Shown: one piece after another, positions 51,798 to 64,000 of the stretch | How the letters are laid out: each line of letters opens with the position of its first letter | How positions within the stretch are numbered: the first letter of the stretch is position 1 | NCBI GenBank assembly: GCA_002633005.1 | Contig: NMRA01000230.1 | Location: 385,271-449,270 of the forward strand | Origin: Phoronis australis | Taxonomy: Eukaryota; Animalia; Phoronida | DNA: 64,000 nucleotides | Reading direction: 5' to 3' | The notes under the pieces: generated by a model | Database searches by the model: none | What the model was told of the DNA's origin: nothing | What the model saw: the letters and a program-made list of their open reading frames with translations, nothing else | Made by a program: the position numbers and the translations under genes

Positions 51798-52502
51798 TTA
51801 AATTTGAGATAATGCTTCTTCCATGCTTTTGAAATATTTACAATCGACCAAAAAGCGCGCCATCTTCAGCACAGCTCCACGTTTGCTGTCATCGTCCTTA
51901 GACATCAGGACACACGCAGCGCGAATACTGCTAGAATTATGGTATATCATCTCAGTTGTCGTCCACCAGCCAGGGTTAAACATGGAGATCTTTGCTGCTT
52001 TAGCCAAAGACAACATGTAGCCGAAGGACTCCTTCAAAATCTCGCGGTCTCGGTGTAGATAGAGCAGATAAGCCGTGACATTGGTGGAGGGTTTGAGCAT
52101 GATACCGAACTCTGAAACGTCTACCCCACAGCAGAGCAAGAGATTAACAAGAAACAAGTCTATACCATACACCCTTCTCATCATTTCCATGAAGCAATTG
52201 CCACCAGGGCGCGGATTAATCTCAATTAACATTGGGGTGACGCCATCGCCAGCGTCACGAATCAAGTCAACGTCATAGACTCCGTTGTGTAAGCCGACAG
52301 CCATGCAGCACCGGTACGCAGCCTCCACCAGTTGGCTCTGAACGGCGGGAGAAGCGCCACCTGGTAACGAGACAGAGGTGGCCCAGAAATAAGGTAGGGT
52401 GGCGGGACCTCGCTCGACCACAGTACCACCAACCAATTTGCCTTTGGAAATGACGACGTCTACCGTGTACTTCTGTCCTCTGAGAAATTCCATAACCACC
52501 AC
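51798..52502 (-). CDS. ATP-grasp ligase (carnosine synthase-like), copy 2, exon 4 of 4
   Basis: 24 aa differences from copy 1 over 234 aa; intact IEINPRPGG; same acceptor. Confidence 0.9.
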   Translation of the reverse strand: MVVMEFLRGQKYTVDVVISKGKLVGGTVVERGPATLPYFWATSVSLPGGASPAVQSQLVEAAYRCCMAVGLHNGVYDVDLIRDAGDGVTPMLIEINPRPGGNCFMEMMRRVYGIDLFLVNLLLCCGVDVSEFGIMLKPSTNVTAYLLYLHRDREILKESFGYMLSLAKAAKISMFNPGWWTTTEMIYHNSSSIRAACVLMSKDDDSKRGAVLKMARFLVDCKYFKSMEEALSQI

Positions 52503-53178
52503 CTGGAAGAATAAGTCACTTTTAGGCTGTTATAAACTTTTGAAATTAGACGAATATGCCGCGTTCACAAATGGAATTTTTAAGAGATTTAAAGCGAACG
52601 TTCACAATGATGCCCTATCTGCCAACTTACGAATAATTAGCGTAACGTTCATTTTCTGTAAGCTACGTATTCATCATGAATGAGTATGGGAAGGAATGCA
52701 TATGATTACTGGGTAAAATGCAAATATTCTGGCCAATCACGAGCGTCGCCATTATCTTACAGAGCCTTGACACAAGTTATATCTTTGAAATGTGGATTTC
52801 TCATGGTAATAAGGCAGATGTGCGGGCTGATTCGGGACGGGCGATAATAAGGAAGATGAGACGTCTGACGAGCATTCATATGCGATTTCTTAGTTGCAGT
52901 CCAGACTCCCATCTGCCTTGTGATGCAGCATGTGAATTCCGTGCATTCTTACAAAAACAACATTTTGATGAAGCATGGCATCACATAGAGCATGTCACTC
53001 GGTAATGAACGAATGTCCCCATCAAAGCTATGATGTCTGACTAAAATTTGTCCAAAACTGATGGTTAGATGTGGACACAATCACGTATACACGCCCAACA
53101 AGTTACGAATCAGATGTTTAAATTGAATTCAAAGTTGATCGAAAGCATTTTAAATTATAAAAAATCAAAAAGTATTAC

Positions 53179-53397
53179 CGATTGAGAGAACGTAATCTTC
53201 TCGCACACTTGTGTGCCGTGGCTCAATCCGTGAGTGACCTCCGAGAAATAATCTAGACACTCATTTCGGTCATACACGACCTTGCAACCAACTGAGCCAC
53301 TACCACAGACGGGCTTCAGCACAACTGGAAGACTTATCTTGTCCAGAGCGTCGAGTAGCTCCGTCTCTGTCTTGACGGCATAGCTCGGCACACCGTA
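53179..53397 (-). CDS. ATP-grasp ligase copy 2, exon 3
   Basis: 219 nt, same splice sites as copy 1; VLKPVCGSGSVG. Confidence 0.85.
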
Positions 53398-53905
53398 CTA
53401 AAAAGAAAAATAACATGTTATTGTGAAATCGACCAATTTACGATTACGATTTTCGTTCTACCCAGATTAGAGATTTTTAGTATGCCACTCCTTTTTGCCA
53501 TCTGAAATTGTGCTGTTTTAGCTGCGAAGAAGACAATTTCCAGTATTGCGCAGAATTCACGCATTGTCCGTAGAGCTGTAACTCCTACCCCTCCTCACTC
53601 TCTCCCTACGCCTCTATCTCTCCCTCGTAATCTTTTTTTTCACTCTCTTTCTCCATTACGCGTTCTCTCCTCCTTCGGTCCTTTCCTACTTACCTCTCCT
53701 CACATTCTGTCACCTTCATGTTTTTTTGCCACCCTACCTCTCCCCCCGCTCTCCTGTCCCTCTTCCGTTTCCATTTCTTGTCTCTCCTTACGCCTCGCCT
53801 CCATATCCCCTCCTCCGTTCCACCCTCTCTGCCAGTATCCTCTCAGTTTCCTTCATTCCCTACCACCCTCCCTTATCTATCTATAAAACCCCTGGATCCC
53901 CTTAC

Positions 53906-54064
53906 CTTCTCAGCCTTGGGATCCTTCAACACGTATTGTTGAGTTACATCCTTCATGTACGCTGCCGCCATACTCTCGTAACTGTTCCAAGGTATTCCCA
54001 GAGTCTCAGCCACGTACCCACCAACCATGCCCACGTAGTCTCCATGGAAACAGCATGCGTTCAC
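53906..54064 (-). CDS. ATP-grasp ligase copy 2, exon 2
   Basis: 159 nt, ctctAG acceptor, AAG|gtaagg donor. Confidence 0.85.
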
Positions 54065-57000
54065 CTAGAGATAGGATAGAAACTATTCATACTGTTCAGG
54101 CAGTGTCAGATGTGTTCAGTGGGAAGAGCACGCATCGTTGACGAAAACGTAACTGCTCCTGGCCTTCAATGCCGGGTTGCATGAGACAGTCCAAATAGGG
54201 ACTCAACTAAGTTTCCTTGATCTTTAGCCTACTTGTGTCTTTCATAACTAAGATATGTACTTTTTCGATCTTTTCATCTTGATCATGAGCTCCTCCTTGA
54301 TAAATGAGATTTTCCAATACTGAGTCCTGAATTTAAGGAAAATAAATAGGACATAAATGCAACAAAAGAAACTTCCCGCCAACATCGCACACTAGGTAAA
54401 GGAGATTCAGGTGGTAAACCAATTATCAGTGTCAGTAGCTAACCTGTCAGCAAAGTAAACTCTAACTGGGAATTACTTCCCGTACATTTGCGCCTTTTAT
54501 CTTTCGGCAGTGAGAAGGAGCAAACCCAATTTTTCCAAAAGATCCCAATCACGGTTTTTGGATGCAAAATCTCAGTCTCTGGGTTCCCCTTAATGCTTCT
54601 CTTCGCTTACAAAAAATGAACTTAAGTTTTTGGCGAATTATGCCTCGCACTGACTAAAACATCGAAGCTACATTGTTATAAATACCTTTTGCGCATAGAG
54701 TTACACCTTAGGAGATCGTCGACGTATTTAATTCATGCTAACTCGAACAAATACTCCCGTTATCAAGAGACTGTGGTCACTATCTATGGTTGTGTATGCT
54801 TATGCCTCTGTGTTCGTAGTAAAACTTGGTAGCTCCTGATTTTGAAATCTCGGTCAACAATTTGCAAGTTTCACTTGCCGGTTCTCAAAATTAGGAATCA
54901 CCAATCGCAATGTATCTATTGAATTGATCCAGGTAACTTTTTCCTCATTTGGTTTTGACTATTTTGACCGATTGTTGAATACGAAAGGACATCCCGTTAC
55001 TAGTAAATGGAATACAATGTACCCAAGTGAACTGTCACCAGTCAACATGTTTTAACATAGTTAAAACTATTGTTACGCACAGTATAACGTTGCATAACTC
55101 CGATCTAATTGAACCAAATTATTCAAAGCATATAAGCAAAATCTGCCTGATCTGATTGTGGGGCTTTAGTACATGATTTCGAATTTTTACCGGGCAGTGG
55201 AATACTAGAATGTCACAGAAGTTTGCGATATTCAGACTTACAAATTTCAGTCTCAATACAAGTTCGACTGGTTGCATTAAAACCAAATCTTGCAGTGACG
55301 AAAGTGATAGTGAATCTGGGCGCAACTTGACCTAGCGTTGAGTTGAATATGGACTGACTGGAATGACCTCCGCATGTCAGGAGGGGCATGTTCCCTTTTC
55401 CCAGAGAAACTCGCTTCGAGCCTCAATTTATCTTTGCAAATGTCATCCAGTAAAGTAAGTGATTGGTCGGAGTACAGGAGATAGTATTTTTATTTTTACT
55501 GCAGAGAAGCTAATTTTATTGTTACTGAAAACTTTTATGCTTACGTAATACCTCTCATGAAGACCATGCCAGTATCTTTAGTGACGGATTTAGAGGAGGG
55601 CCAAGGGACCATGCCACCCTAAAAATTTTTCAGATTCCATTTGGCAATGGGGGGCGTTAATGTCTGAAGGGTAAAATCCTTGCTAGTACTCGGGTCTGCC
55701 CTCCAATTCAAATCCTGTATCCGCCCCCGATCTTTACATGAATAACATTCTCTGTAAATGGGTTATGCATGGATACTTATCAAGCTATATTTATACTGTT
55801 ATGTTTTGTAGTATCTCCTCATTGTTTTCAGGTCTTTGTTGACTTGGCGGAGTACTTGATAAAACTAGACATCCAAACACACGCATCGAAACAATCACTA
55901 CAGTGGTGGTATTGGGCTGTGTACATCCACATGGCAGGTAGCTCTTCACGTATTTCATTGTTTAATGAAAAATAGTGCTGCTATCAGAGTTTGACTTTGA
56001 AACAAGATGAAAAAATATCATTAGTTTTGAAAATGCGCTTTTAAGCTTTAACAAGCTCACAGATTCTTATAGCCATTTGTAAAGTGTAAAGCTTCTTGGT
56101 TTTGCAATACGTTTCAAAATGCATACGCGAAAGTATACATGTGAGATTTAACTTTCAGTTCCAACCCTGGTCATGCCTGTTGAATGTTCGTGTAACATTA
56201 GTAAGATGACATTTCAGGGCTGAGCTCAAAACTGCTTGTTAGAAATACGACTAGTGCTGCTCATTATTTAGAGTTGTACATTGCCTTTATATCAGACTAA
56301 CTATGTAAACAAAGGTAAACAAAGAAAAATGCGTAAAAATAAAGGGAATTGTAGTTTATCACACCTGCCAACAATTTCATCGTCTGATTATTATATTCCT
56401 TAGGTTTAGATTGTCGTAGAACTTTTTAAAGTTATTTAAAATTAAGTTACAAAATACCTGGTATGTTACCTGGTTAGCCTGACATTAAGTTTCATTATAT
56501 GCATGGTTTGCTCTCAATTGCCATTGTATGGTAAATCACCAAGTGCATATTTTGTAATCAAGTTGTGTAGATTAAAGTTGTTTTGGATGTCTTGGTAGTG
56601 AGTCCATGTTTAAAACTCCATTCAAAAAAACTGTAAAGTGACAAACTGCAATGCATGCTTGGATTAAACTTGCACAAAATCTTGGAGAGTGATTGGTTAA
56701 GTTTTGAGTTGGAAGACTATTTTCTAGGCTCTGTATATACGTCAGAAAGTGCATGCGAGTTTCACAAATCAACGTTATATTACAGCACAATAAAAATCCA
56801 GCAAGTCAACTTGTAGCGCTTTTACTGGTCTCTTATTAAATTTTGGTGTCTTTATTGCGGAGTGTGGCTTTAACAATCGTTTGATAAGGACAGCTATCCA
56901 GACAACAGAACGTACGCTTTTATGAACTGTAGCCCGTGAATTCAGTTTTCTGATCTCAGAAATGCGCGTTTGTAGTCACAAACCTGGATTATTTGCTTAT

Positions 57001-57959
57001 TAAACTAAGCGAGGAGATGCATCTAAAGAAAATAAAGTAGCTCGTGGTGTAGCATAGATATGTATGAGCTACAGAAGATTTAAATTAAAGGAAAGTGAAT
57101 AACCTTGTAATTAAATGTCTGAGTTTCTTAATTTCCACCTCGTATAATTAGGTTGTACTTGGGGCTCACTTTTAGTGAAACTTTTTCCCACCATGGAGTT
57201 TATTCAATTTGGATTTCCTAATAATATGATTGTCAATAAAAATGAAACTTTGGCTTTTAAATTGATATTTTGAACAGTTGAAAACTATGAAAGGTAATTG
57301 TAGGCACTATTTCTACCATAAGGATTGTACTTCCCAAAATCACGTCTGTGACTACTGACAATAAACATTCAGTTACTTGTAAACTCTTGTTTCTGAGGAT
57401 GTTCTTGGATTTGCATGTTAAGGGATTTTTTAAATTCCTGGTGTCATTGCTGTAATATTAGCAGACATAGTATTTGCTGATAAAGCATAGGCTTTGTTGT
57501 AATCCTTCTTGGCCATGTAATGACTTTTTCTTTGGTTGTATTTCATGATTTAGTAGTGATTTCTCTGTATGTACATTCCATTTTTATTCCTCAATTCTCA
57601 CATATTGTCATACACTGAGAACGATACATGTATGGATATATCGTAAGCCTGATTTAGTTTCGTTGCATTGTATTTATAACACTTGAACTGATTTTTGAAA
57701 TGTTTCTGGTTTTCGAGGTTCCTGCATTTCACACATGCGCAGATATTCTAAAGAGTTAATGTACTTTGAGAAGTGCATTTCATTTTGTGCAATTAATACT
57801 GTTAAGGAAATGTTCATAGAACTCTATTGTTGCTACATGATGAATGGAAATCATTAAACTTGTTGCTGTACTCCACTCTTGTTAAATTCAGTAAAAATAA
57901 AATCTCCTGTATGCGTGTCTCATTGAAACTTATTGCTCTTGAAGAACGTGAGTTTTCAA

Positions 57960-58170
57960 AAAGTTAGTTCCTTCAAAACTTAAGTTTTGTTAACTTAAGA
58001 TTGTTTCAAAAAATACTTAAGCTTTTGAAAAGCTCAAGTTTTTAATCACGAAAACTAAGGTTTATGGCAAAAACTTAATCATTTTGGAACAAGTTTTTGG
58101 AACAAACTTAATTTTTTGAAAAACTTAGTTTTCAACACTTAAGTATTTGAAAACTTAAGTTTGTTCCAAA
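57960..58170. repeat. Degenerate AAACTTAAG(TTTT) array at the end of a ~3.6-kb copy-2-specific intronic insertion (~54600-58185)
   Basis: Many aaacttaa/cttaag units; the motif recurs at the other edge (54617-54630); the region is absent from copy-1 intron 1. Confidence 0.6.
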
Positions 58171-58214
58171 ATAATGAAGTTTCTGCCCCCTCTTCCACCC
58201 TTCAATTGTCTTAC

Positions 58215-58535
58215 CTCAATATTCTTCTCCTTCAACCAGTCTACGATGGAGTTTCCAACCTCGCTCACTTGTCGATCTTCCTTCTTCTCATGTATGAGAC
58301 CATCGACGTTATACTCGTCAATAATTCCCATGGCTTTTAACTTGGAGCACCAGCGCGCATTTATCTTTGACTTCTGCAGTACCACGCACAGCGATTTGAG
58401 ACCCATAGACTTCAACACAGCATAGGCAGATTTGTTGTACTCGTCGTCCGTGGTTATGAACAATCGGCAACCAACGTACAGAAGAGTCTTGTCTTTCAGT
58501 GAATCGATGGTGTCGGGTAATGCGGCGGCAGGCAT
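58215..58535 (-). CDS. ATP-grasp ligase copy 2, first coding exon
   Basis: MPAAALPDTIDSLKDKTLLYVG..., 321 nt, donor GAG|gtaaga. Confidence 0.8.
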
Positions 58536-59879
58536 TGTGGTGGAGACGGGTTTCAGTGAAATACGGAAAGGCTGGTAAAATTTGCTTTAAAACCTGATTG
58601 ATTCACACAGCGTGGATCAAAAGTAGTAGATGGGTGACGTGTTACGCACATCTTGATTTCCATCGACAAGTTAAAGTGCGGCAGTAGTCAGAAACAATCA
58701 AATGTACATATCCCTGCTAAATGGACGAAACCCCAAAAGCCCGAAAAGGGACAAAATTGTCACACAAAAGCAATTTGTGAATATGCTGAACCAGCTCTGC
58801 ACCCGTGCTTGTGTATTTGGTTGAATGACTTGTAATGGAATTGTGATGAACAGCAGAAACCAGTTAATCTGGCCAGACGAGCTGAGTACAGCCTAAAATT
58901 AGTTAATAATTTTTGTCAATTCTGAGCGTGCGATGAACCACTGTAGATAGTGAGATGAGCAAATCAGGCATTGCCTGTAGTGTGTGTGATACGGGACAGA
59001 GAATAGAAGTAATTCTACGAAAAGGGATTTTCTTAGTTTTAAACCAAAATAATTCGCAAAAATTAGGATAGACATGTATGGAACGTAGCGTTTGTCGCAT
59101 CCTTTCCTTCGCATGACGTAATATTCACGATATTGTTGACTTAACGCCCGTATATCTTGCGCAAATTGACTCTACAATAGCATCTCATCTGTTTTGCATC
59201 GTATGACTATAATGTTAATCACCCTCATTGCGTCGTGTAGGGGTGTAGTGTAATTGTTAACAAGTCATTATATCGGTGATCAGAATGTAAAGTAATAGTA
59301 GAATAGAGAATAAAAGTATATCTTGGAAAGAAGATTGTGAAGCAGAGTATGTCAGTCCCTTGAAGCAGTTACGCAATTAGAACGTATTGGTCAAATGTTA
59401 AATGATGATAACCGCAGGCACTATTCGTAATTTAATTAAGCACTGCGGGTCAGTATGAGGTGTAATTCAACTAACCAATTAAAAGTAATGTTTGGTTTGA
59501 CCAACAACGTTTAAATGATAAACGGGAAACTCGTGGGTGTCTAGGACATTACAGAAAATATATAAAGCTTGATCAAAGATTAAAAAACATGATTTTTGTC
59601 GTCGTGAAAGTGAGAAACTCATTCAATCCTTAAATGCTTCCCACTCTAAAAATTTTAGGAAATTTGTACAAAAACTAAGAGATACATTAAGTCCTAAGAT
59701 TTCGAAAGGCCAGTGGTTTCAGGCCTTTAAAATGTGTGCAGCAGTTGCTTTGAGGGCAGTGATTTGAGTAATGAGTACGTCCAACTTGGGATATTTGTCA
59801 AAGAATTTTTATGCCGTCGCGACGTCGACTCTGCAAGTTACGCAAATGATTCTGACAGTTATTTTGAAAATACTCTGTG

Positions 59880-60130
59880 GATATAAAGCTGCGGGTACGG
59901 ATGGAATCCCATTAGAATTTTATTAATATTTCACCCCTTTCTTTACACAAACACTCCAGTTATTGTTCAATCCTAATTTGAATACAGGTATTACCCAGCG
60001 GCTTGGAGTCAAGGGGTAATTGTGCTTTTGTTCAAGAAAAATAAGAGATTCAGTTTAAAACTATAGGGGCAGAAGTTAAGTAAACATATTTTTAGAAGTG
60101 TTAGTCAAGAGATTACAGGAATGGTCTAAT
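59880..60130 (+). mobile_element. LINE reverse-transcriptase N-terminal fragment
   Basis: KAAGTDGIPLEFY...LFN...YPAAWSQGVIVLLFKK...NYRG with a stop and frameshifts. Confidence 0.7.
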
Positions 60131-60431
60131 GAGAACAATAAAGAGAATGAAAACGCACTTTATCTGAAATCGACCAAATAAACACAGGAAAGTCAGGAAC
60201 CTCAGTTGAGGTCGCTGACTTTTCTGTTTATTGGCCAACATAAGCGTCTATATATTTACCATCTCTGAAATTGAAGGTGACTATTCGAAGGTTATCTCTA
60301 CGGTAATCCCACAATACACAAAATCAGGTTCCACTACAGGCGATAATATCCCAATTCCTGATACCAACGTACAAGACAGATTAGCATCTGAAAAACATCA
60401 TAAAACCGTACATTCAAAGTCGTTGCTCCAT

Positions 60432-60780
60432 TGAAGGAGAATGCCACCCGATTTATTTGGATTTTTTACCGTCTTAATTGAGTCTATATCCACATCTCCT
60501 CGTGTACGGTTGATCACAACTCGCCGAGAGGTATTGTGTTAACCTGTGAGGAAGGTGAGTACACGACGCAGCGACGTCAGTGGTTCTTCAGCTGAGTGTG
60601 TGCCGCTATGGTGTGGCGTATCTTTCCTGTATGTGTGAACGTTGAAGCTGGGAGGAAAGCGCGTATATCGGTTTTTCAATTTTCTCGAGAACCCGAAATG
60701 AAAGCACGCCGTTAGTACCAAGTATGAGTCAGTGAAATATCTATGCGTCTTTGGCCGGCAGTGTTATGAGTCAAAACGAG
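60432..60780 (+). mobile_element. Kolobok/THAP-like fragment, sister of 41800-42395
   Basis: gaaggagaatgccacccgattt...acgacgcagcgacgtcagtggttc matches the reverse complement of 42230-42395. Confidence 0.65.
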
Positions 60781-61249
60781 TTATTCTCACCATAACTAAT
60801 TTTTAATAAAACTGAAACAAAGTGTCTCGAAAGACTGTCTCAGTAGATAAAATTTTGTGATGCCTTTGCAGTGTTCGCCAGTGCAGCTGTTTTGAGAAAT
60901 CAACTATGAATAAATCATACTGCGTTACCGGCTTCAGATGCAATAAACAAATTGACCGGCGGACACCCGAGGTCTTGTGAGCGTATGCTAATTCATTGTT
61001 AGCTGACAGAGTGAAACAATAACTCGATTTTATACGCAATTGGCAGACGTTAAGGGGATCTTTCATTGAAAATTAAGCTGTTCACGGCCTTAGATAGTTT
61101 GTTCAAAAAACTTTCGTATTGTCTACATAAATGCCTTTCTTCAGATGGCAGTTAAAGTAGTAGATCACCGAGTGTGAGTGACATCACAAACACAAACGCA
61201 TGAGTGAACATAAAATAAAACACCGTATAAAACATTTCATAGTAAAACA

Positions 61250-61830
61250 GTTGCGGTACTTCGACTAGACTTCAGTCATCCAAGACAAATGAATTTAAAA
61301 TCATAAACGTTATCGCGTATGATACACGAAACAAGAACAATGGCACTAAACACGAATATAAGGTTGCATATATAAGAGCGCAATTACAGATGGAATTGTC
61401 ATGGAAATCAATGTACTATAAAACGTTGTAAAATTTAATAGAATGCATAGATGCTACAACATATGGGCATTATTTGAATAACGACGAGGTACGATGAAAC
61501 CCAGTATCTTTGGAGTTTATGTCAGGAGTTTCAGTTTCTATTATTAAAGCTTCGAGAATTTGCAAATTAAAGGAGTCACGTTTGAAATACCTGACGACGA
61601 CCCCATTGCCATCAGTTTGGATAGTCTAGATCGTCACCCACATTTAAAACCACACGAGATTTCACCAACTCGTATGAGCACTTTTTCGTCATATAAATGA
61701 TAAATTCTTTCTAAAAAAGATTGTGTGAGCATGGGCTCTCCTCTGGGTTCCACGTTTTCGGAATTTAATATGTTTGAGGTGGAAAAAAGACCAGCAATGT
61801 CATTGGTGATATTCCTATTTATGGTGAGGC
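61250..61830. mobile_element. Penelope-like element debris
   Basis: Minus: LQILEALIIETETPDIN (GIY-YIG C-terminus). Plus: VSMGSPLGSTFSEFNM (PLE RT GSP motif). Confidence 0.6.
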
Positions 61831-62599
61831 GTTGCGTTTGTGACAGTTATGACAACGTCACACTCACGTCCGTGGAATACTTCAACTGAAGTCGCTCTTT
61901 TAACTTTTCTCGTTTTGGAGATGTTAAATTCATGATTAGGAGATTCAGTGCTATAAACAAGGCCACGAAACAATTAACATGACCGCCTAACCCAAAACAG
62001 GATACAGGTTATCCAAATCGGAATCGCCATTAAACAGAAACTAGAAGGATCAAATGGGACTAAATACCAGAAAATTTTATACATAAATATTCGGATATTA
62101 ATGAAGTATGATGCAAAGGACGGAAAGACTGCACCTGGTTGGATCTTCATTCAATTGTTAAAAGTCATCACATTTGAGTGGTGCGGCGGTCATTTTCGGT
62201 CCCCAGGTGTCCTGTTTTATGGTGGGGGAGTCATGTTTTTAACTGTATCGGTCCCTTTTGCTGGTCTGTAAGTCCCATTTCCTTTGTTTTGTGGTGAGGA
62301 AGTCTGGATGATTCTGAAGATGTAGGTACTTGTCAAAACAATGACTCCAGCTCTGTAGGCCTACATCTGAAAATTCGCGACTAGCTATGACGCGTACAGG
62401 AGTTGAGATAAAAAAACCTTCGTGACAAGAGCTCGACTCACACTAATAAATCCCGTGATTCACACGGCCTGTGGACGAAGGGGCCACGCATTGGACTGGT
62501 CCCACTAGGGACAAAACTCAGATATTCTAGCAAAGGAAAATGGTATTTCACATTTTTTGTGGGGACTGAAACCAACATATGAGATGAAATAAAGTGGAG

Positions 62600-63875
62600 T
62601 CACAAACTAACATTACAACTATTACTTAAATATATTGATCTATTTACACCGACCTCTTGTCTATTTACATTGTGACGACATTTCGGTCGATCTATTTTCC
62701 GGCCATCGTCAGGTGTTCCTGCGTTCTTAGAAGAACGAACACGGATATGTGGCACACTCATCATGGTGGGATTTTTTTGAACCCACAACTTCTGAAACTA
62801 CACTTATATTCTTACTCCATCACCTTAAGCACTACACAACTGATTTTCGTTATACTTAAACTTTCTTAAGTAGACTGACCCACGTGTCACTTGGCTGTTT
62901 GCTTGGCTTACTGAAGACGTTGCCTCATTCTTTCATGTACGTGGCTTCCTTGATCTTTGTCTTGGTCCAACCTGTTTCACTGTCAAGTATTCTGATATAA
63001 TTCCACTGGATATTGTGTTGTTTCAACTACACGTGTTCTGCTACTGCTGATGAGGTATTACCCTATGTACAACACCTCTTATGTTCAGCAATTCTCATCT
63101 CCAGTGGTCTTAATATTTCACCGACGTACGGTTCATCCCATTCACATGGGATTTCATTCATGGCATTTTTCTTTTTCCCCATGGCAGTTCTTGGTTTGAC
63201 TTTTGCCGACCCAGTGTGTCTGAGCTGCGGTATACTGTTCTTATTCTTTACATATCCGTCCTAGCTACTCGGTTATTCCGGGTACATATGATAAACACAT
63301 AGTCTGCAGTTGGCGTTCTTCTGCCACATTCTCTTTTTTCTGCGATGTTAAAGCCGACTCGATGAAATCCCTTGGGTAGCCACTTCTTTCGAATGTCTCC
63401 GTAAGCTTGATCCCTTCTGCCTGGAGTGCTGTAGCACTGCAGGTTTCTTTTGATCTTGATGCAAGGCATTTGATTATACCCTTCTTTAGTCATTTGGTGT
63501 GGTTGGAGTTGAAGTCGAGGTATCGCTCCTTCTGGGTCTCCTTATAGTAGACCGACGTTGTTAACTGTTATACAATAGGGCTATGCCGTTCACATGGCCA
63601 AGGAACTCTGATAGATTTTCTGAGTCTTGGCTGAATATTGTGAACGTGTCATCAATGCATCGTTTCCACATCATCAGGGGTCTGTTAGCTGAGCTGAGAT
63701 CTGTTTGTTCGAACCCCTCCATATAATGGAACCTATTGGGAGGTTCCATTGTGGAATTTGAGACATTCTGTGTCAATACCACCTATTTCCATTACCAAGA
63801 CAAGTTCTACGAGCAGACACAAGGAATGGCAATGGGTTCACCACTATCACCAGTCTTAGCTAACTTGTAAATGAA
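62600..63875 (-). mobile_element. Decayed Penelope-like element with an inverted 5' segment
   Basis: Minus: YMEGFE...WKRCIDDTF (YVDD motif) through a 3' hammerhead-like motif at 62675-62716. Plus 63770-63875: TTYFHYQDKFYEQTQGMAMGSPLSPVLANL. Confidence 0.8.
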
Positions 63876-64000
63876 AAATGCCAGAAACATAACCAGTCCT
63901 TATTGGCATTGCAATATGACAAAAACGTTCATATCTGCTATACGTTAATAATTATTTTCAAAATCCCAAAATTTACTTAGCTCTGTCAAAAGATATTTTC

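Overview
Intron-rich, repeat-rich animal (invertebrate-type) nuclear DNA with several assembly gaps; no prokaryotic operons, CRISPR arrays, rRNA or true tRNA genes. I can build four host genes from splice signals and protein motifs. Two paralogous 4-exon, 467-aa single-domain ATP-grasp ligases of the carnosine-synthase (CARNS1 C-terminal domain)/L-amino-acid-ligase type lie on the minus strand (11456..6938 and 58535..51798) and bracket the other two. The third is a multi-exon Mab-21/cGAS-like (cGLR) gene (+, 20222..27388) with degenerate catalytic motifs and two tandem duplications in its middle exons. The fourth is a 127-aa secreted peptide precursor (-, 40956..38205) with a C-x9-C-x2-C-x11-CC-x8-C domain resembling CHH/ITP-derived helical (HAND) peptides and a KR-flanked octapeptide FKWPRAWF; its TATA promoter and ATG-bearing first exon are tandemly duplicated. 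The rest is decayed transposons: LINE RT fragments, Penelope-like elements with minimal hammerhead motifs, Kolobok/THAP and Academ-like relics, and several MITE families. All family calls come from motif recognition by eye, without database searches.
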